A program made the translations under genes and the position numbers. Shown piece by piece: positions 28,481 to 39,977 of a stretch of 64,000 nt of DNA. The DNA is from Spirochaetota bacterium (GTDB lineage Bacteria > Spirochaetota > UBA4802 > UBA5550). Where the stretch lies: positions 17,535 through 81,534 of the forward strand of contig DAIOFM010000005.1 of the NCBI GenBank assembly GCA_036745755.1, read 5' to 3'. The notes below the pieces were generated by a model. The model saw nothing but the letters and a program-made list of their open reading frames with translations. It ran no database searches and was not told the DNA's origin. How positions within the stretch are numbered: the stretch's first letter is position 1; each line of letters begins with the position of its first letter.

Positions 28481-31400
28481 TCAATTGGTGATCAGAAATT
28501 GTTGCAACCATTTTTTAAGTTCCGGTAATTTTTTTTCAATTGTTCTTCCTGAAGGCTTGAAAACGAGGTTTTCAGGATCCTTGGCTGTTATTGAGAACCT
28601 TTTGTCCTTTGATATAGATTCAAGGAGCTTATCCGCCTGAATTATACAGTTTGAAGTTATTCGTATATTTATTTGCCTGTTGTCTTCAAGTATTTCGTCG
28701 ATTCCGAGATATGAGGCTATTGCCCTTATTCTTTCCAGTTCAATAAGAATAGTAACTTCCCCAGGAGGGGGGCCGAACCTGTCAATCATCTCTTTTTCGA
28801 GCAGATCGACTTCTTCGGTTGTTTCACATGATTCAAATCTTTTGTAAAACTCGATTTTCTGTTTATCGTCGCTGATATATGATTCAGGGATATAAATATT
28901 TGTTTTAATAAATACTGACGTCCTGAAATAGTTTTTAACATCCTCTCCTTTCAGAAGCTTAATCTCGTCTTCAAGCATCTGGCAGTAAAGATCAAAGCCG
29001 ACATCCATAATATTACCCGACTGTTCATGTCCGATTATATTACCGGCACCCCTTATTTCAAGATCCTTCATTGCGATTTTAAATCCGCTGCCGAGGTCTG
29101 AGTATTCTGAAATAACCTGCAGCCGTTTTTGTGCGTCTTCAGTTAATGCTGTATGACGCGGGTAAAAAAGGTAAGCATAGGCCTGACGGTTCGACCGGCC
29201 GACTCTTCCCTTTAACTGGTATAACTGGGACAGCCCGAAGGTGTCCGACCTGTTAATAATTATCGTGTTGACATTGGGCATGTCAAGGCCTGATTCAATT
29301 ATTGTCGTACTTATCAGAACATCATACTTTCTGTTCATGAAATCTATCATTATATCCTCAAGGTCATGTTCATTCATCTGGCCGTGAGCTATACAGAAAC
29401 TGGCTTCGGGCACGAGTTTTCGAAGCATAATCATCTGGGTCTCTATTGTCTGAACCCTGTTGTGAACATAAAAGACCTGGCCGCTTCTGTTGATTTCTGA
29501 TAGTATCGCTTCACGAAGAATATCAGCATTGTCCTCCAGAACGTAAGTCTCTATTGAATGTCTGCTTTCAGGTGGTGTGGCAATTATGGAAAGATCCCGG
29601 ATGCCGGCCATGGAGATATGAAGAGTCCTTGGTATCGGTGTGGCCGATAAGGTGAGCACATCAACCGTTGTACGGAATTTTTTCAACTGTTCTTTATGCC
29701 TGACACCGAAGCGTTGTTCCTCGTCGATAATCAGAAGGCCGAGGTTTTTGATATTAGTATCACCGGAAAGAAGGGCGTGAGTTCCTATAACAATGTCAAT
29801 CTTAGCATCCGTCAGTTTCTGCCTGATCTTTATTATTTCACCCTTTGTCCTGAACCTGGAAACCATATCTATGGAGATAGGATATCCGTTAAACCTTTTT
29901 TTAAAAGTTTCAAAATGCTGCATTGCAAGTATTGTGGTGGGGACCAGTATGGCTACCTGTTTCCCTGCCATTACAGATTTAAATGAAGCCCGGATTGCCA
30001 CTTCTGTTTTTCCGAAACCGACGTCCCCGCAGACAAGCCTGTCCATAGGCTTATCGCTCTCCATATCGTCTTTTACATCCTCTATTGCCGTCAGCTGGTC
30101 CGGGGTTTCTTCGAATTCAAATAGCGACTCAAACTCCTCCTGCCATTGAGTGTCAGGCGGGAACCTGAATCCCTTAAGTGCGCTCCTGTGTGAATATATT
30201 TTTATAAGTTCCTTTGCTATTTCTTCAACAGATTCCCTGACTTTTTCACGAATTCTGTTCCAGGCAGATTTTCGCCCGAGGGAGTCGATCCGCGGTTTTT
30301 TCCCCTCAATACCTATATATTTCTGCACCAGGGAAATCTGATCCAGTGAGACATACAGTTTGTCATCACCATCATACTGAATATGTATAAAATCCCGTTC
30401 AACTCCACCGGCGGACATCCGTTCTATGCTTTTAAAAATACCTATGCCGTGGTTAATATGCACTACGTAATCGCCGGGTTTAAGTTCAAGAAAGGATTCA
30501 ATCGGCCTTGAGCCTTTCTTCTTAAACTGCTTCCTTTTCCTGTAGCTTTTACCGAAGATATCATGGTCGGAAAGTATCAATGTTTTTGTTTCCCTGAGCT
30601 CCACACCCCTGCTCAGCGGACAGAGTATTATATTAAATGGCTGGTCCGGATTGTATTCGTCAAAATTTTCATCAGGCTTAAATTCACTGAAAAGATCAAA
30701 GATCCTCCTTGCCTGGCCATCAAATGAGGTTGTTATTATTATACGCCATCCTTCAGAAATTCTCCAGGCTATGTCCTCCCTGACATTTTTTATCCTCCCC
30801 TGGAAACTTTGAAGGCTTTTCATGTTAAGTGAATACGCACCGGCAGTTGCTGTAAGGCTCTGGAGTTTAATACCCTTTTCAAAACCTTTATCAAGGGCCT
30901 GCATATCTATCAGCCTGTCAGGTGCCGGTGCATAGAAGGATTTATATTTACGGTTATATATATCGCTGTAGTTTTTTTCAGTTTTTGACGCCTTCGAGGT
31001 CAGTTCAGGCCATTCTAGCAGAATTATGCCTGAGTCTTCAGAAAAGTATTCAAGCAGTGAAACACTATTCATTATTTCATGGAAATAGTCCTCAATACCC
31101 GGAATTTTTTCAGGATCTTCATCACCTTTAAGCCATCCTGATATTTCATCAGGAACTTCAGGTGAATCACTGAACTTTTTTCTCAGTAAATCACAGAGTT
31201 CCCTTTTTTCTTTGTTAAACAGTATCAGCTCTCTTCTCGGGTATATTGTGATAAATCCGATGTCATCTCCTGAATATGAAACCTGTGTGTCCGCGTCAAA
31301 TTCCCTGATTGAGTCGAGTGTATCACCAAAAAAATCGAGGCGTACAGGGTTTTCCCCTGTGGGTAGATAGATGTCAATAATACTTCCTTTTACCGAAAAC

Positions 31401-31915
31401 TGCCCGTAGGCATCAACTTTTGCCTCCCTTGTATATCCGTACTGGACAAGTGTACCTATAATATCATCAAAAGGATACTCATCGTTTACCGAAAGGGTAA
31501 GGCCTTTTTTCAGAAAAAAATCTTTTGCAGGAATTTTCCTTGTTAAAGAATCAACTGTTGTTATAACAATGGCCGGTTCTTCTGATATTATCCTGTAAAG
31601 TGCTGTTATCCTTTCCCTTTCGGTCTGCTCTATGGGAGTCATGAATTCATATGGTATTGTTTCCCATGGAGGGAAACGGAACAGATACTGTTCATTGATA
31701 AAACATGTAAGATCGTTATAAAGCTCATTAAGCTGTTCTATGTTTTCAGATATTACGAGCAGACGGTCAATTCCGGATTTGAAGATTGCGGAAAGAATCA
31801 TGGGAAATGAGGAACGCGATATCCCCTCCACGCTGAAAGAAGTTTGCTCTTTTATGTTTATACTCCTGAATTCATCAGAAGAGACTATATCTGAAATTAC
31901 CTGTTTAAGGATCAT
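28481..31915 (-). CDS. mfd: Transcription-repair coupling factor Mfd
   Basis: UvrB-like N-terminus, CarD/TRCF RID ([12 protein letters not shown]), [39 protein letters not shown]. Confidence 0.97.
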   Translation of the reverse strand: MILKQVISDIVSSDEFRSINIKEQTSFSVEGISRSSFPMILSAIFKSGIDRLLVISENIEQLNELYNDLTCFINEQYLFRFPPWETIPYEFMTPIEQTERERITALYRIISEEPAIVITTVDSLTRKIPAKDFFLKKGLTLSVNDEYPFDDIIGTLVQYGYTREAKVDAYGQFSVKGSIIDIYLPTGENPVRLDFFGDTLDSIREFDADTQVSYSGDDIGFITIYPRRELILFNKEKRELCDLLRKKFSDSPEVPDEISGWLKGDEDPEKIPGIEDYFHEIMNSVSLLEYFSEDSGIILLEWPELTSKASKTEKNYSDIYNRKYKSFYAPAPDRLIDMQALDKGFEKGIKLQSLTATAGAYSLNMKSLQSFQGRIKNVREDIAWRISEGWRIIITTSFDGQARRIFDLFSEFKPDENFDEYNPDQPFNIILCPLSRGVELRETKTLILSDHDIFGKSYRKRKQFKKKGSRPIESFLELKPGDYVVHINHGIGIFKSIERMSAGGVERDFIHIQYDGDDKLYVSLDQISLVQKYIGIEGKKPRIDSLGRKSAWNRIREKVRESVEEIAKELIKIYSHRSALKGFRFPPDTQWQEEFESLFEFEETPDQLTAIEDVKDDMESDKPMDRLVCGDVGFGKTEVAIRASFKSVMAGKQVAILVPTTILAMQHFETFKKRFNGYPISIDMVSRFRTKGEIIKIRQKLTDAKIDIVIGTHALLSGDTNIKNLGLLIIDEEQRFGVRHKEQLKKFRTTVDVLTLSATPIPRTLHISMAGIRDLSIIATPPESRHSIETYVLEDNADILREAILSEINRSGQVFYVHNRVQTIETQMIMLRKLVPEASFCIAHGQMNEHDLEDIMIDFMNRKYDVLISTTIIESGLDMPNVNTIIINRSDTFGLSQLYQLKGRVGRSNRQAYAYLFYPRHTALTEDAQKRLQVISEYSDLGSGFKIAMKDLEIRGAGNIIGHEQSGNIMDVGFDLYCQMLEDEIKLLKGEDVKNYFRTSVFIKTNIYIPESYISDDKQKIEFYKRFESCETTEEVDLLEKEMIDRFGPPPGEVTILIELERIRAIASYLGIDEILEDNRQINIRITSNCIIQADKLLESISKDKRFSITAKDPENLVFKPSGRTIEKKLPELKKWLQQFLITN

Positions 31916-32090
31916 ATCAACCTGCGGTAAGAATTTAAATAAATAAGATGGAAATTTAAAATGTAATTTATTTTTTACAATGAATCAGTTATAACCTCTT
32001 TTTTTCAAGGAAAATATGAAAAGGCTTAAAAGCCTTAAAAAAATCTTGCTCTGGGAGTATATTCTATTTTAATAAATCAGGATTGAAATT

Positions 32091-32831
32091 ATGAAGAACT
32101 TTATTCTCGCTATATGTTTAACTTTTCTGTCGGATTCTGTAAATAATGCAGATGCTGAATTCTCGGATTTTATGAAGGGTTATTCGGCTCTGAAGAGTTT
32201 AACAGGAAGCATTACCCAGTATATATACAATGGCCCGTCTGTTGAAAAATTTTCAGGAGAATATTCGGCTGTTGCAGGAGGCTGGTTCAGAATTGATTAT
32301 CTCTCTCCTGAAAGGCAGATTGTAGTCCGTAATTCAAAGGGGCTTTACTGGTATTATCCCGGCAAAGAGCTTGTTTTCGTCGGATACGGCGGTATTGACA
32401 AAAACAATAATATAACCTGTCTCCCGGGCATTTCATTATCCGGCAGCTTCAGAGATGTAAAAATATTTTACGAAGGAATAAGGTTCTACGGATTTTTAAA
32501 ATATGCCCATGTATATTCATTCTGTTCAGGGGCGGAGGGGGGGACTGTCCGTATATGGTTTGATCCCGGAAGAAAGTATATTGTCAGGAAATATATAACA
32601 GATAGTTCCGGCATGGAGATGATGAAAGAAGTTTATCATGAATACTTTTTTCAGGAGGGAGTTCCTGTCCCGACCGTTATTGAACTCTTCGCACGGTCTG
32701 ATAACGGAATTGTTCATACCTTAACCGAGTATAAGGATCTTGTTATTAATGCACCAATTAATAGAAGAACATTTGAATTTAATGTTAAAAAAAATATGAC
32801 TCTCCGCAGGCTGAATGAAATTCAAGATTAG
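32091..32831 (+). CDS. LolA-like periplasmic protein
   Basis: Signal peptide; WFRIDYLSPERQIVVRNSKGLYWYYP; terminal FEFNVKKN. Confidence 0.65.
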   Translation: MKNFILAICLTFLSDSVNNADAEFSDFMKGYSALKSLTGSITQYIYNGPSVEKFSGEYSAVAGGWFRIDYLSPERQIVVRNSKGLYWYYPGKELVFVGYGGIDKNNNITCLPGISLSGSFRDVKIFYEGIRFYGFLKYAHVYSFCSGAEGGTVRIWFDPGRKYIVRKYITDSSGMEMMKEVYHEYFFQEGVPVPTVIELFARSDNGIVHTLTEYKDLVINAPINRRTFEFNVKKNMTLRRLNEIQD

Positions 32832-34215
32832 ATTTATCCATATTGCTATTTTGATTATTCTAACCATCACTGCTATGCCTGTTTTCCCGGCGTCTGTTGA
32901 AATAAAAGGGAAAAGGGCGGATGTTGATCTTTCGGATTTAATTTCAGTGCCGGACAGAGTTTTAACTGAAACAGAGATAAAGAAGTTGTGTGTCAGAATT
33001 ACTGAAAAATATCACAATCTCGGGTATTCCGCATTCTATATAAGGGAAGTGAAGATTAAAAAAAACGGTGATATCGAACTTTCTTTATGTGACCCGGTGG
33101 TGGAGCGGGTGCTCATTAAAGGGGAGGGCGTTTTTGACAGTACGGCCTCTGTTATGATTTACCGCGAAGGTGCTGTGTTTAATGAATTTATTCTTAAGGG
33201 AAATATTGGTTTTTTTAAAAAACAATACTCTGTTAAAAAGGTCAGAGCCGATCTGAACAGAACAGAAAATGGAGACGTTGAAATTGTTGTAAATGTTACA
33301 GGGAATTCTTTAAGCGGTCAAATAACAGCCGCATCGGAACCTGTTTATGGAGGTTCCGCGCGGGTGGAACTCGCACATAAATCCCGAACTTCCGGAATCA
33401 CGGGGTTCATGGAATATGCGGATGGCCCTGGTGATGCCGGATATAAAAATGGGGGGTTCAAATTTTCATATAGACCTGAAGGTGTGAAATATTCCCTGTC
33501 GGCCTCAATGGATTTTATTGACAGCGATGAATACCTTGATGATAAAGGGGATTCCACTTATTCTGCTGTCCGTGGTGAAGGGGAGGCCGGGATAACGGCG
33601 GATTATAAAGCATGGAGCTTTACGGGCGCAGTTGTTTCATCCTATGCAGAATATGATGATTATCCCCTGACAGGGGGAGGGGCATCCTTGACCGGTATTT
33701 CATTAAAACTGATGTACGATGATAAAAAATACAGGGTTGATCCTCTTGATGCCGCACAGGCAGTGATATCCTGCAGGTCTGGCTGGAATAATATTGAAAG
33801 CAAACAGGCTTTAAAATTGAATATGACCGGGAATATATCGTTTCCCCTTGTGGGTATATTCTCTGTCGGTGGCGGAGTATTTTCAACATACACAAACGAA
33901 GATATGCGTATATTCCATAGTTATATATATGACAGGGAGTTTCCCTGTAGAAATGAAGACTTTTCAACTTCGCCCTGGAGGGTTGTACCAAGATTCGGTA
34001 TAAAGGCCGGCATTTATGACCGGCTGTTTTATATCTCACCTGAATATATTTCATGTCTTTATGATAATGACGGGAAAACCGGGTATCTCCAGGCGGCAGG
34101 TATCAGAATTTTATTGATAACTGAAAATTTCAGGTCAATGGCCTTATATACAATTGGGATAGGGGAAAAAATTTCAGATGGTGTTATTATGGTTTCAGCA
34201 GGCGCTTCTTTTTAG
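32815..34215 (+). CDS. Omp85/TamA-like outer-membrane protein (POTRA-like domains + beta-barrel)
   Basis: Signal peptide; ITEKYHNLGY (POTRA-like), G..FNE..L; C-terminal amphipathic strands ending in Phe (SAGASF). Confidence 0.55.
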   Translation: MKFKIRFIHIAILIILTITAMPVFPASVEIKGKRADVDLSDLISVPDRVLTETEIKKLCVRITEKYHNLGYSAFYIREVKIKKNGDIELSLCDPVVERVLIKGEGVFDSTASVMIYREGAVFNEFILKGNIGFFKKQYSVKKVRADLNRTENGDVEIVVNVTGNSLSGQITAASEPVYGGSARVELAHKSRTSGITGFMEYADGPGDAGYKNGGFKFSYRPEGVKYSLSASMDFIDSDEYLDDKGDSTYSAVRGEGEAGITADYKAWSFTGAVVSSYAEYDDYPLTGGGASLTGISLKLMYDDKKYRVDPLDAAQAVISCRSGWNNIESKQALKLNMTGNISFPLVGIFSVGGGVFSTYTNEDMRIFHSYIYDREFPCRNEDFSTSPWRVVPRFGIKAGIYDRLFYISPEYISCLYDNDGKTGYLQAAGIRILLITENFRSMALYTIGIGEKISDGVIMVSAGASF

Positions 34216-35066
34216 AAGTTGTTTTTATTAATTGTATATTCGTAGAGTTTTCTGTTTTTGGCAAGTATGTCATCCACTTCGGAAATAGTGTTACCTATGG
34301 AGGTCCGTGCATCAATAAATGCCTGTTTCTGGTGTTTGGCTATTCCCTGAATTTCATCCGGGTTTTTACCGTTTACAAAATCATCAACAGCGGATACATG
34401 TTTTTTTATATTGTTGTAGACTCTTTTGATATTGGCCGACATCTCGTAGAAAAAAATAAATTTCATTATTTTTTCTTTTTTAAGTCCTCCCATTGAGTCT
34501 ATTATATTTTTCCCCTCTGTGTCTACTTTTGCCTGGTAATAGGTTATTGACCTTGGGTAGTTTACAAGTTCCCTGTAATAACTTTCTAGTTTATCAAGCT
34601 GTTGAATGCAGTCTATCTCTATATGTCGGGAAAGATCGTCAAGAGCTGTTGACTCAACTTTATTCTCTCTTGTAAATACGTCAGAGAGATCAATGTTCAT
34701 CATTATTGCAGCAAGGCGTTCCCTGTGAACTTCTGAATCGGAAATGACGCTTTCAATGAAAACATCAGGTTCAAAAAAGATTTTTTCAGATTCAGTTTCA
34801 AAATCACGCTTTTCTTTTAATTCATTCTGAACGTTCTGGTTCTGCTCAATGTCTCTAAGTACCATGATCTTTCTCTGATACTGCAGCATCTCGCTGCTGT
34901 GGATTCTTTCAAGTTTAATAATTTCGACTTTACGTGTGTCACGGTTGTATTTTAAGCCGAACATATTACCTATGGGGTCTATATAACGATTGTTTAAATC
35001 ATATACTGATATTTTCGACGTATCAATTTCAGAAACGTCTGCTATTCTTATAATTCTTTTTTTCAT
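34212..35066 (-). CDS. Conserved hypothetical cytoplasmic protein
   Basis: 284-aa ORF; N-terminal SVYDLNNRYID..GNMFGLKYNR segment recalls a Leptospira-type hypothetical family (not verified). Confidence 0.6.
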   Translation of the reverse strand: MKKRIIRIADVSEIDTSKISVYDLNNRYIDPIGNMFGLKYNRDTRKVEIIKLERIHSSEMLQYQRKIMVLRDIEQNQNVQNELKEKRDFETESEKIFFEPDVFIESVISDSEVHRERLAAIMMNIDLSDVFTRENKVESTALDDLSRHIEIDCIQQLDKLESYYRELVNYPRSITYYQAKVDTEGKNIIDSMGGLKKEKIMKFIFFYEMSANIKRVYNNIKKHVSAVDDFVNGKNPDEIQGIAKHQKQAFIDARTSIGNTISEVDDILAKNRKLYEYTINKNNF

Positions 35067-35455
35067 TTTAAGATGGTGCTGAAGTCGTAATTTAATAAAG
35101 GAGCGTCAAATTCAACAGCTATATAGTTTTCTCCCTTTGAGGCATACGAGGAAAACTTTTGTGCAATTTCACTCGGATTGTTTCTTAACAGGCCGGTTCT
35201 GACAATCCTGCCGTTTAATGTTAATTTTTCTTTATTTAACTGAAATTTCATGATTATAGGGAGCCCGGGGGAGACCTTTGAATTGCTTATCAGGAAAATA
35301 CCGCCACAACTGATATCTATAATCAGACCTTTACCTTTTTCTGAGATATGAGTTTCCGGATCAATTTCATCTGGATTACCTTCAAAAAATTCAAAGCTGG
35401 ATTTTATTGAACATGAAAATCGTTTGTATTTTCTTTTATCATTATTTTGCGTCAT
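35063..35455 (-). CDS. PilZ domain c-di-GMP-binding protein
   Basis: RxxxR (RKYKR) and DxSxxG (DISCGG) motifs both intact. Confidence 0.85.
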   Translation of the reverse strand: MTQNNDKRKYKRFSCSIKSSFEFFEGNPDEIDPETHISEKGKGLIIDISCGGIFLISNSKVSPGLPIIMKFQLNKEKLTLNGRIVRTGLLRNNPSEIAQKFSSYASKGENYIAVEFDAPLLNYDFSTILK

Positions 35456-35628
35456 GTTAATCCCCGGATTAATTAAGAATATATTGCGTTTATATTTAAG
35501 CTATAATACTGCGTTAAGTATATTTTAATGTCAAGACTTGTTTGTATAAATATAATTATTACCTTAAAGATAATCAATTACCGGAAGTTAAATGTATACC
35601 TAATTATCAATTTTGTAACAGTTTTTGT

Positions 35629-35661
35629 ATAAGTATTCAGTAATTTTTACTGAATACTTAT
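35629..35661. repeat. Perfect 15-bp AT-rich inverted repeat
   Basis: ATAAGTATTCAGTAA-TTT-TTACTGAATACTTAT. Confidence 0.85.
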
Positions 35662-35755
35662 TTTAGTATAAAAATTAAAAATTATATGCTCCCGCCGCTT
35701 TCGGCGACGGCGGTAAGAAAATATTTTATCTGAAATAAGTTAAAGAATAAACACT
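35647..35755. repeat. Dispersed intergenic element, copy A
   Basis: About 75% identical by manual alignment to 49391..49500, same orientation; GC hairpin core CCGCCGCTTTCGGCGACGGCGG. Confidence 0.75.
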
Positions 35756-35881
35756 GATAAGTATTATAAAGTAGAAAATTTAACATAATTGTTATTTAAT
35801 AATACGTATGTTCATGATTTCAGCAATAATTTTAGTTTACAGTATCTGGATGAAAACTAAAATGGTGACATAATTTTATAA

Positions 35882-37534
<1,653 letters not shown>

Positions 37535-37593
37535 AAGACCGCCTTTTGAAATATAATTGACATGTGATGTAAAAGAGTTATTCTGATTTAAAT

Positions 37594-38880
37594 ATGGAAA
37601 TAAGTCAGAATAACAGAATCGGATCGCTGGAAAGGCAGGTTGAAAACCTGTCAAAACTGGTTGAAATAAATGGCATAATCAATTCAACGCTGAACATTAA
37701 CCGTCTCCTTTCCATTATAATGGAAATGATTAAGGATATTATGAAAACTGAAGCCAGTTCTCTTCTTCTTTTTGATGAAGAGAGTAAGGAACTGGTTTTT
37801 AAAGTAGCACTTGGTGAAGCTGGCGACGAATTAATGGAAAAATACCGTGTTAAACTGGGGCAGGGTATAGCCGGCTGGGTCGCCTTAAATCGCAGGGATA
37901 TCATTGCGAATGATGTTTACAGTGATTCCCGATTTGATTCGATGTATGATAAAAGTACCGGTTTTCTGACAAGAGCTATTCTATGTGCTCCTCTCCTTTT
38001 TAAAGGGAAGCTGCTGGGAGTCATACAGGCCATAAATCCTGTTGATCGCGATAAGTTTGATGATAGTGACATGTCTCTTTTCAGGATTTTTTCCAATCAG
38101 GCTGCTCTTGCGGTACAGAACGCGATATTCTTTCAGAAAGCGATTGAAGAGGAAAGGCTGCTGAGTGAAATTAATGCCGCAAAAGCCATTCATAACAAAC
38201 TTGCTCCCCTTATAGAAATTAAAGACAGATTTATTACCGCAGCAGCGAAATCTTTTACTGCCCGCGAAGTCGGAGGCGGTTTTCATAATTTCAGGGAAAT
38301 TGATGAAGGAATGTTTTTACTCACGCTGGGCAACCTGGACAATAAAGGAATACCGGGTGCTATGGGAGCATCAACTCTGTCAGGCTTAATGAAAGCTATG
38401 ATTGAAATAAAGGGTTATGATCCGGAAGAGATTATCAGGATGGTAAACCGGTTCTGTGATGATGATATGAAATGCAATGACGGTATTTCTCTCTTCATAG
38501 CACGAATTGACGCGAAGAAAAGAAAAATGAAATTTGTTAATTCGGGAGACTGTTTTCCGCTTCTGATAAGAAATAAAAAAGTCTATTATCTGAGATTTGC
38601 TGAAAGAACCGGAGGTTACCTGGGTGAAAACGGGTTTTCAGCATCAAATATAAACTTTAAGCTGAATGAGGGGGATCGTTTTATCGTTTTCTCAGCAGGT
38701 ATTACGGAACTGAAAAATCGCGATGGAAAACAGCTTGGCCTTCAGGGGATAATACGATTTCTTGAAGAAAATGAAGATGAACCGTGCGATATGATCGAAT
38801 CAGTAATTAAGTATGCTGATGATTATACCGGTGGTACTGAAAGAAGAAAAGATTTAACTATAGTCTCATTTATGGTATAG
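37594..38880 (+). CDS. GAF + PP2C/SpoIIE-like domain protein, phosphatase motifs degenerate
   Basis: GAF (GQGIAGWVA, LCAPL, GVIQAIN); PP2C motifs read GGGFHN, GNLDNKG, FSAGITE, KDLTIV. Confidence 0.85.
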   Translation: MEISQNNRIGSLERQVENLSKLVEINGIINSTLNINRLLSIIMEMIKDIMKTEASSLLLFDEESKELVFKVALGEAGDELMEKYRVKLGQGIAGWVALNRRDIIANDVYSDSRFDSMYDKSTGFLTRAILCAPLLFKGKLLGVIQAINPVDRDKFDDSDMSLFRIFSNQAALAVQNAIFFQKAIEEERLLSEINAAKAIHNKLAPLIEIKDRFITAAAKSFTAREVGGGFHNFREIDEGMFLLTLGNLDNKGIPGAMGASTLSGLMKAMIEIKGYDPEEIIRMVNRFCDDDMKCNDGISLFIARIDAKKRKMKFVNSGDCFPLLIRNKKVYYLRFAERTGGYLGENGFSASNINFKLNEGDRFIVFSAGITELKNRDGKQLGLQGIIRFLEENEDEPCDMIESVIKYADDYTGGTERRKDLTIVSFMV

Positions 38881-38892
38881 GGAAAGGTTATC

Positions 38893-39108
38893 ATGAGTGA
38901 ATTTGTATCAGTTATCTTCTGTAGACGATGCGGTTCAAGATATGTTGAAATTAATGAATGGGCTCAAGGCTCGGCTATGGTCAGATGCAGAACCTGTGGT
39001 AACAGGACAGAGATGAAAGGTTTTACGCTGGGAAGGTGCAGCGTTTCCAGAAAGGAACTGGAGATTGCAAGGAATACCTCTGCCAAAATAAATGATTTTG
39101 AAAAATAG
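38893..39108 (+). CDS. Small Zn-ribbon protein
   Basis: CRRC...CRTC pair; GGAAAGG RBS; 12 nt after the upstream stop. Confidence 0.65.
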   Translation: MSEFVSVIFCRRCGSRYVEINEWAQGSAMVRCRTCGNRTEMKGFTLGRCSVSRKELEIARNTSAKINDFEK

Positions 39109-39141
39109 ACAGCGTTTTACATAATTTCCTGTATTGAGTCT

Positions 39142-39963
39142 CTATCTTTTTCTTCTGAAAATTTTCCTGAACATTACTGAAATAACGAAGAGCACAAGCC
39201 TTAAAAGTCTGAGATATCTCCATGGTTTTGTTATAATCCTGTAAAACCAGTCCAGACCGTTCTGCATAAAGTAATCAGGGGCTTTCCTGATATCACCGGA
39301 TATAGTGTCCATGCTCCCGCCGACACTTATAAATACAGCATTCTTAAATTCATGTTTAATACTGTTTATCCATCTGTCCTCTTTCGGGAATCCGAGACCT
39401 ACGAATATTATGTTTGCTTCAGATTTTCTTATTGCTTCTATGACAGATTTTTCCCTTTCCTGATTAAAATATCCGCCATGACGTCCGACAATCCTTATTT
39501 GCGGAAAAGATTTTTTTATGTTAAAAAATACCCTTTCAGCAATTTCAGGTTTTCCACCAACAAAGAATATACTGTATTCCTTTATTTCAGCAAGACGTAC
39601 TACCTCCATCATAAAGCTGAGTACACCTATTCTTTCAATAATGGGTGTTTTAAGCATTCTTGCAGCCCACTGGATACCTGCACCTGAAGCAAGATGCATA
39701 TCAGCCCTGTCAGATATAAGCCTCAGGTCACTGTTGGATTTTATTTTTGCGAGTTTATATGGATTCAGGGTAATGACGTGATGTACGCCCTTATCCTCGA
39801 TCATCTTTAATACTTTAAATACAGCCTGTTGCCTGGTAAGATTGTCTATACCTATATCAAGAATATTTACAATACCTGCATCTTCAACAGATATCTGGTT
39901 GTATTCAAGAATAAGATCACGGTCTTCTTTATACGAATTATAAAAATGGGAATCCTCAGACAT
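39142..39963 (-). CDS. WecB/TagA/CpsF family glycosyltransferase
   Basis: TLNP, FFVGGKP, GRHGGYF, FVGLGFPKEDRWI, VGGSMD, GLDWFYR. Confidence 0.92.
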   Translation of the reverse strand: MSEDSHFYNSYKEDRDLILEYNQISVEDAGIVNILDIGIDNLTRQQAVFKVLKMIEDKGVHHVITLNPYKLAKIKSNSDLRLISDRADMHLASGAGIQWAARMLKTPIIERIGVLSFMMEVVRLAEIKEYSIFFVGGKPEIAERVFFNIKKSFPQIRIVGRHGGYFNQEREKSVIEAIRKSEANIIFVGLGFPKEDRWINSIKHEFKNAVFISVGGSMDTISGDIRKAPDYFMQNGLDWFYRIITKPWRYLRLLRLVLFVISVMFRKIFRRKR

Positions 39964-39977
39964 GGAACTCCTCCTGA

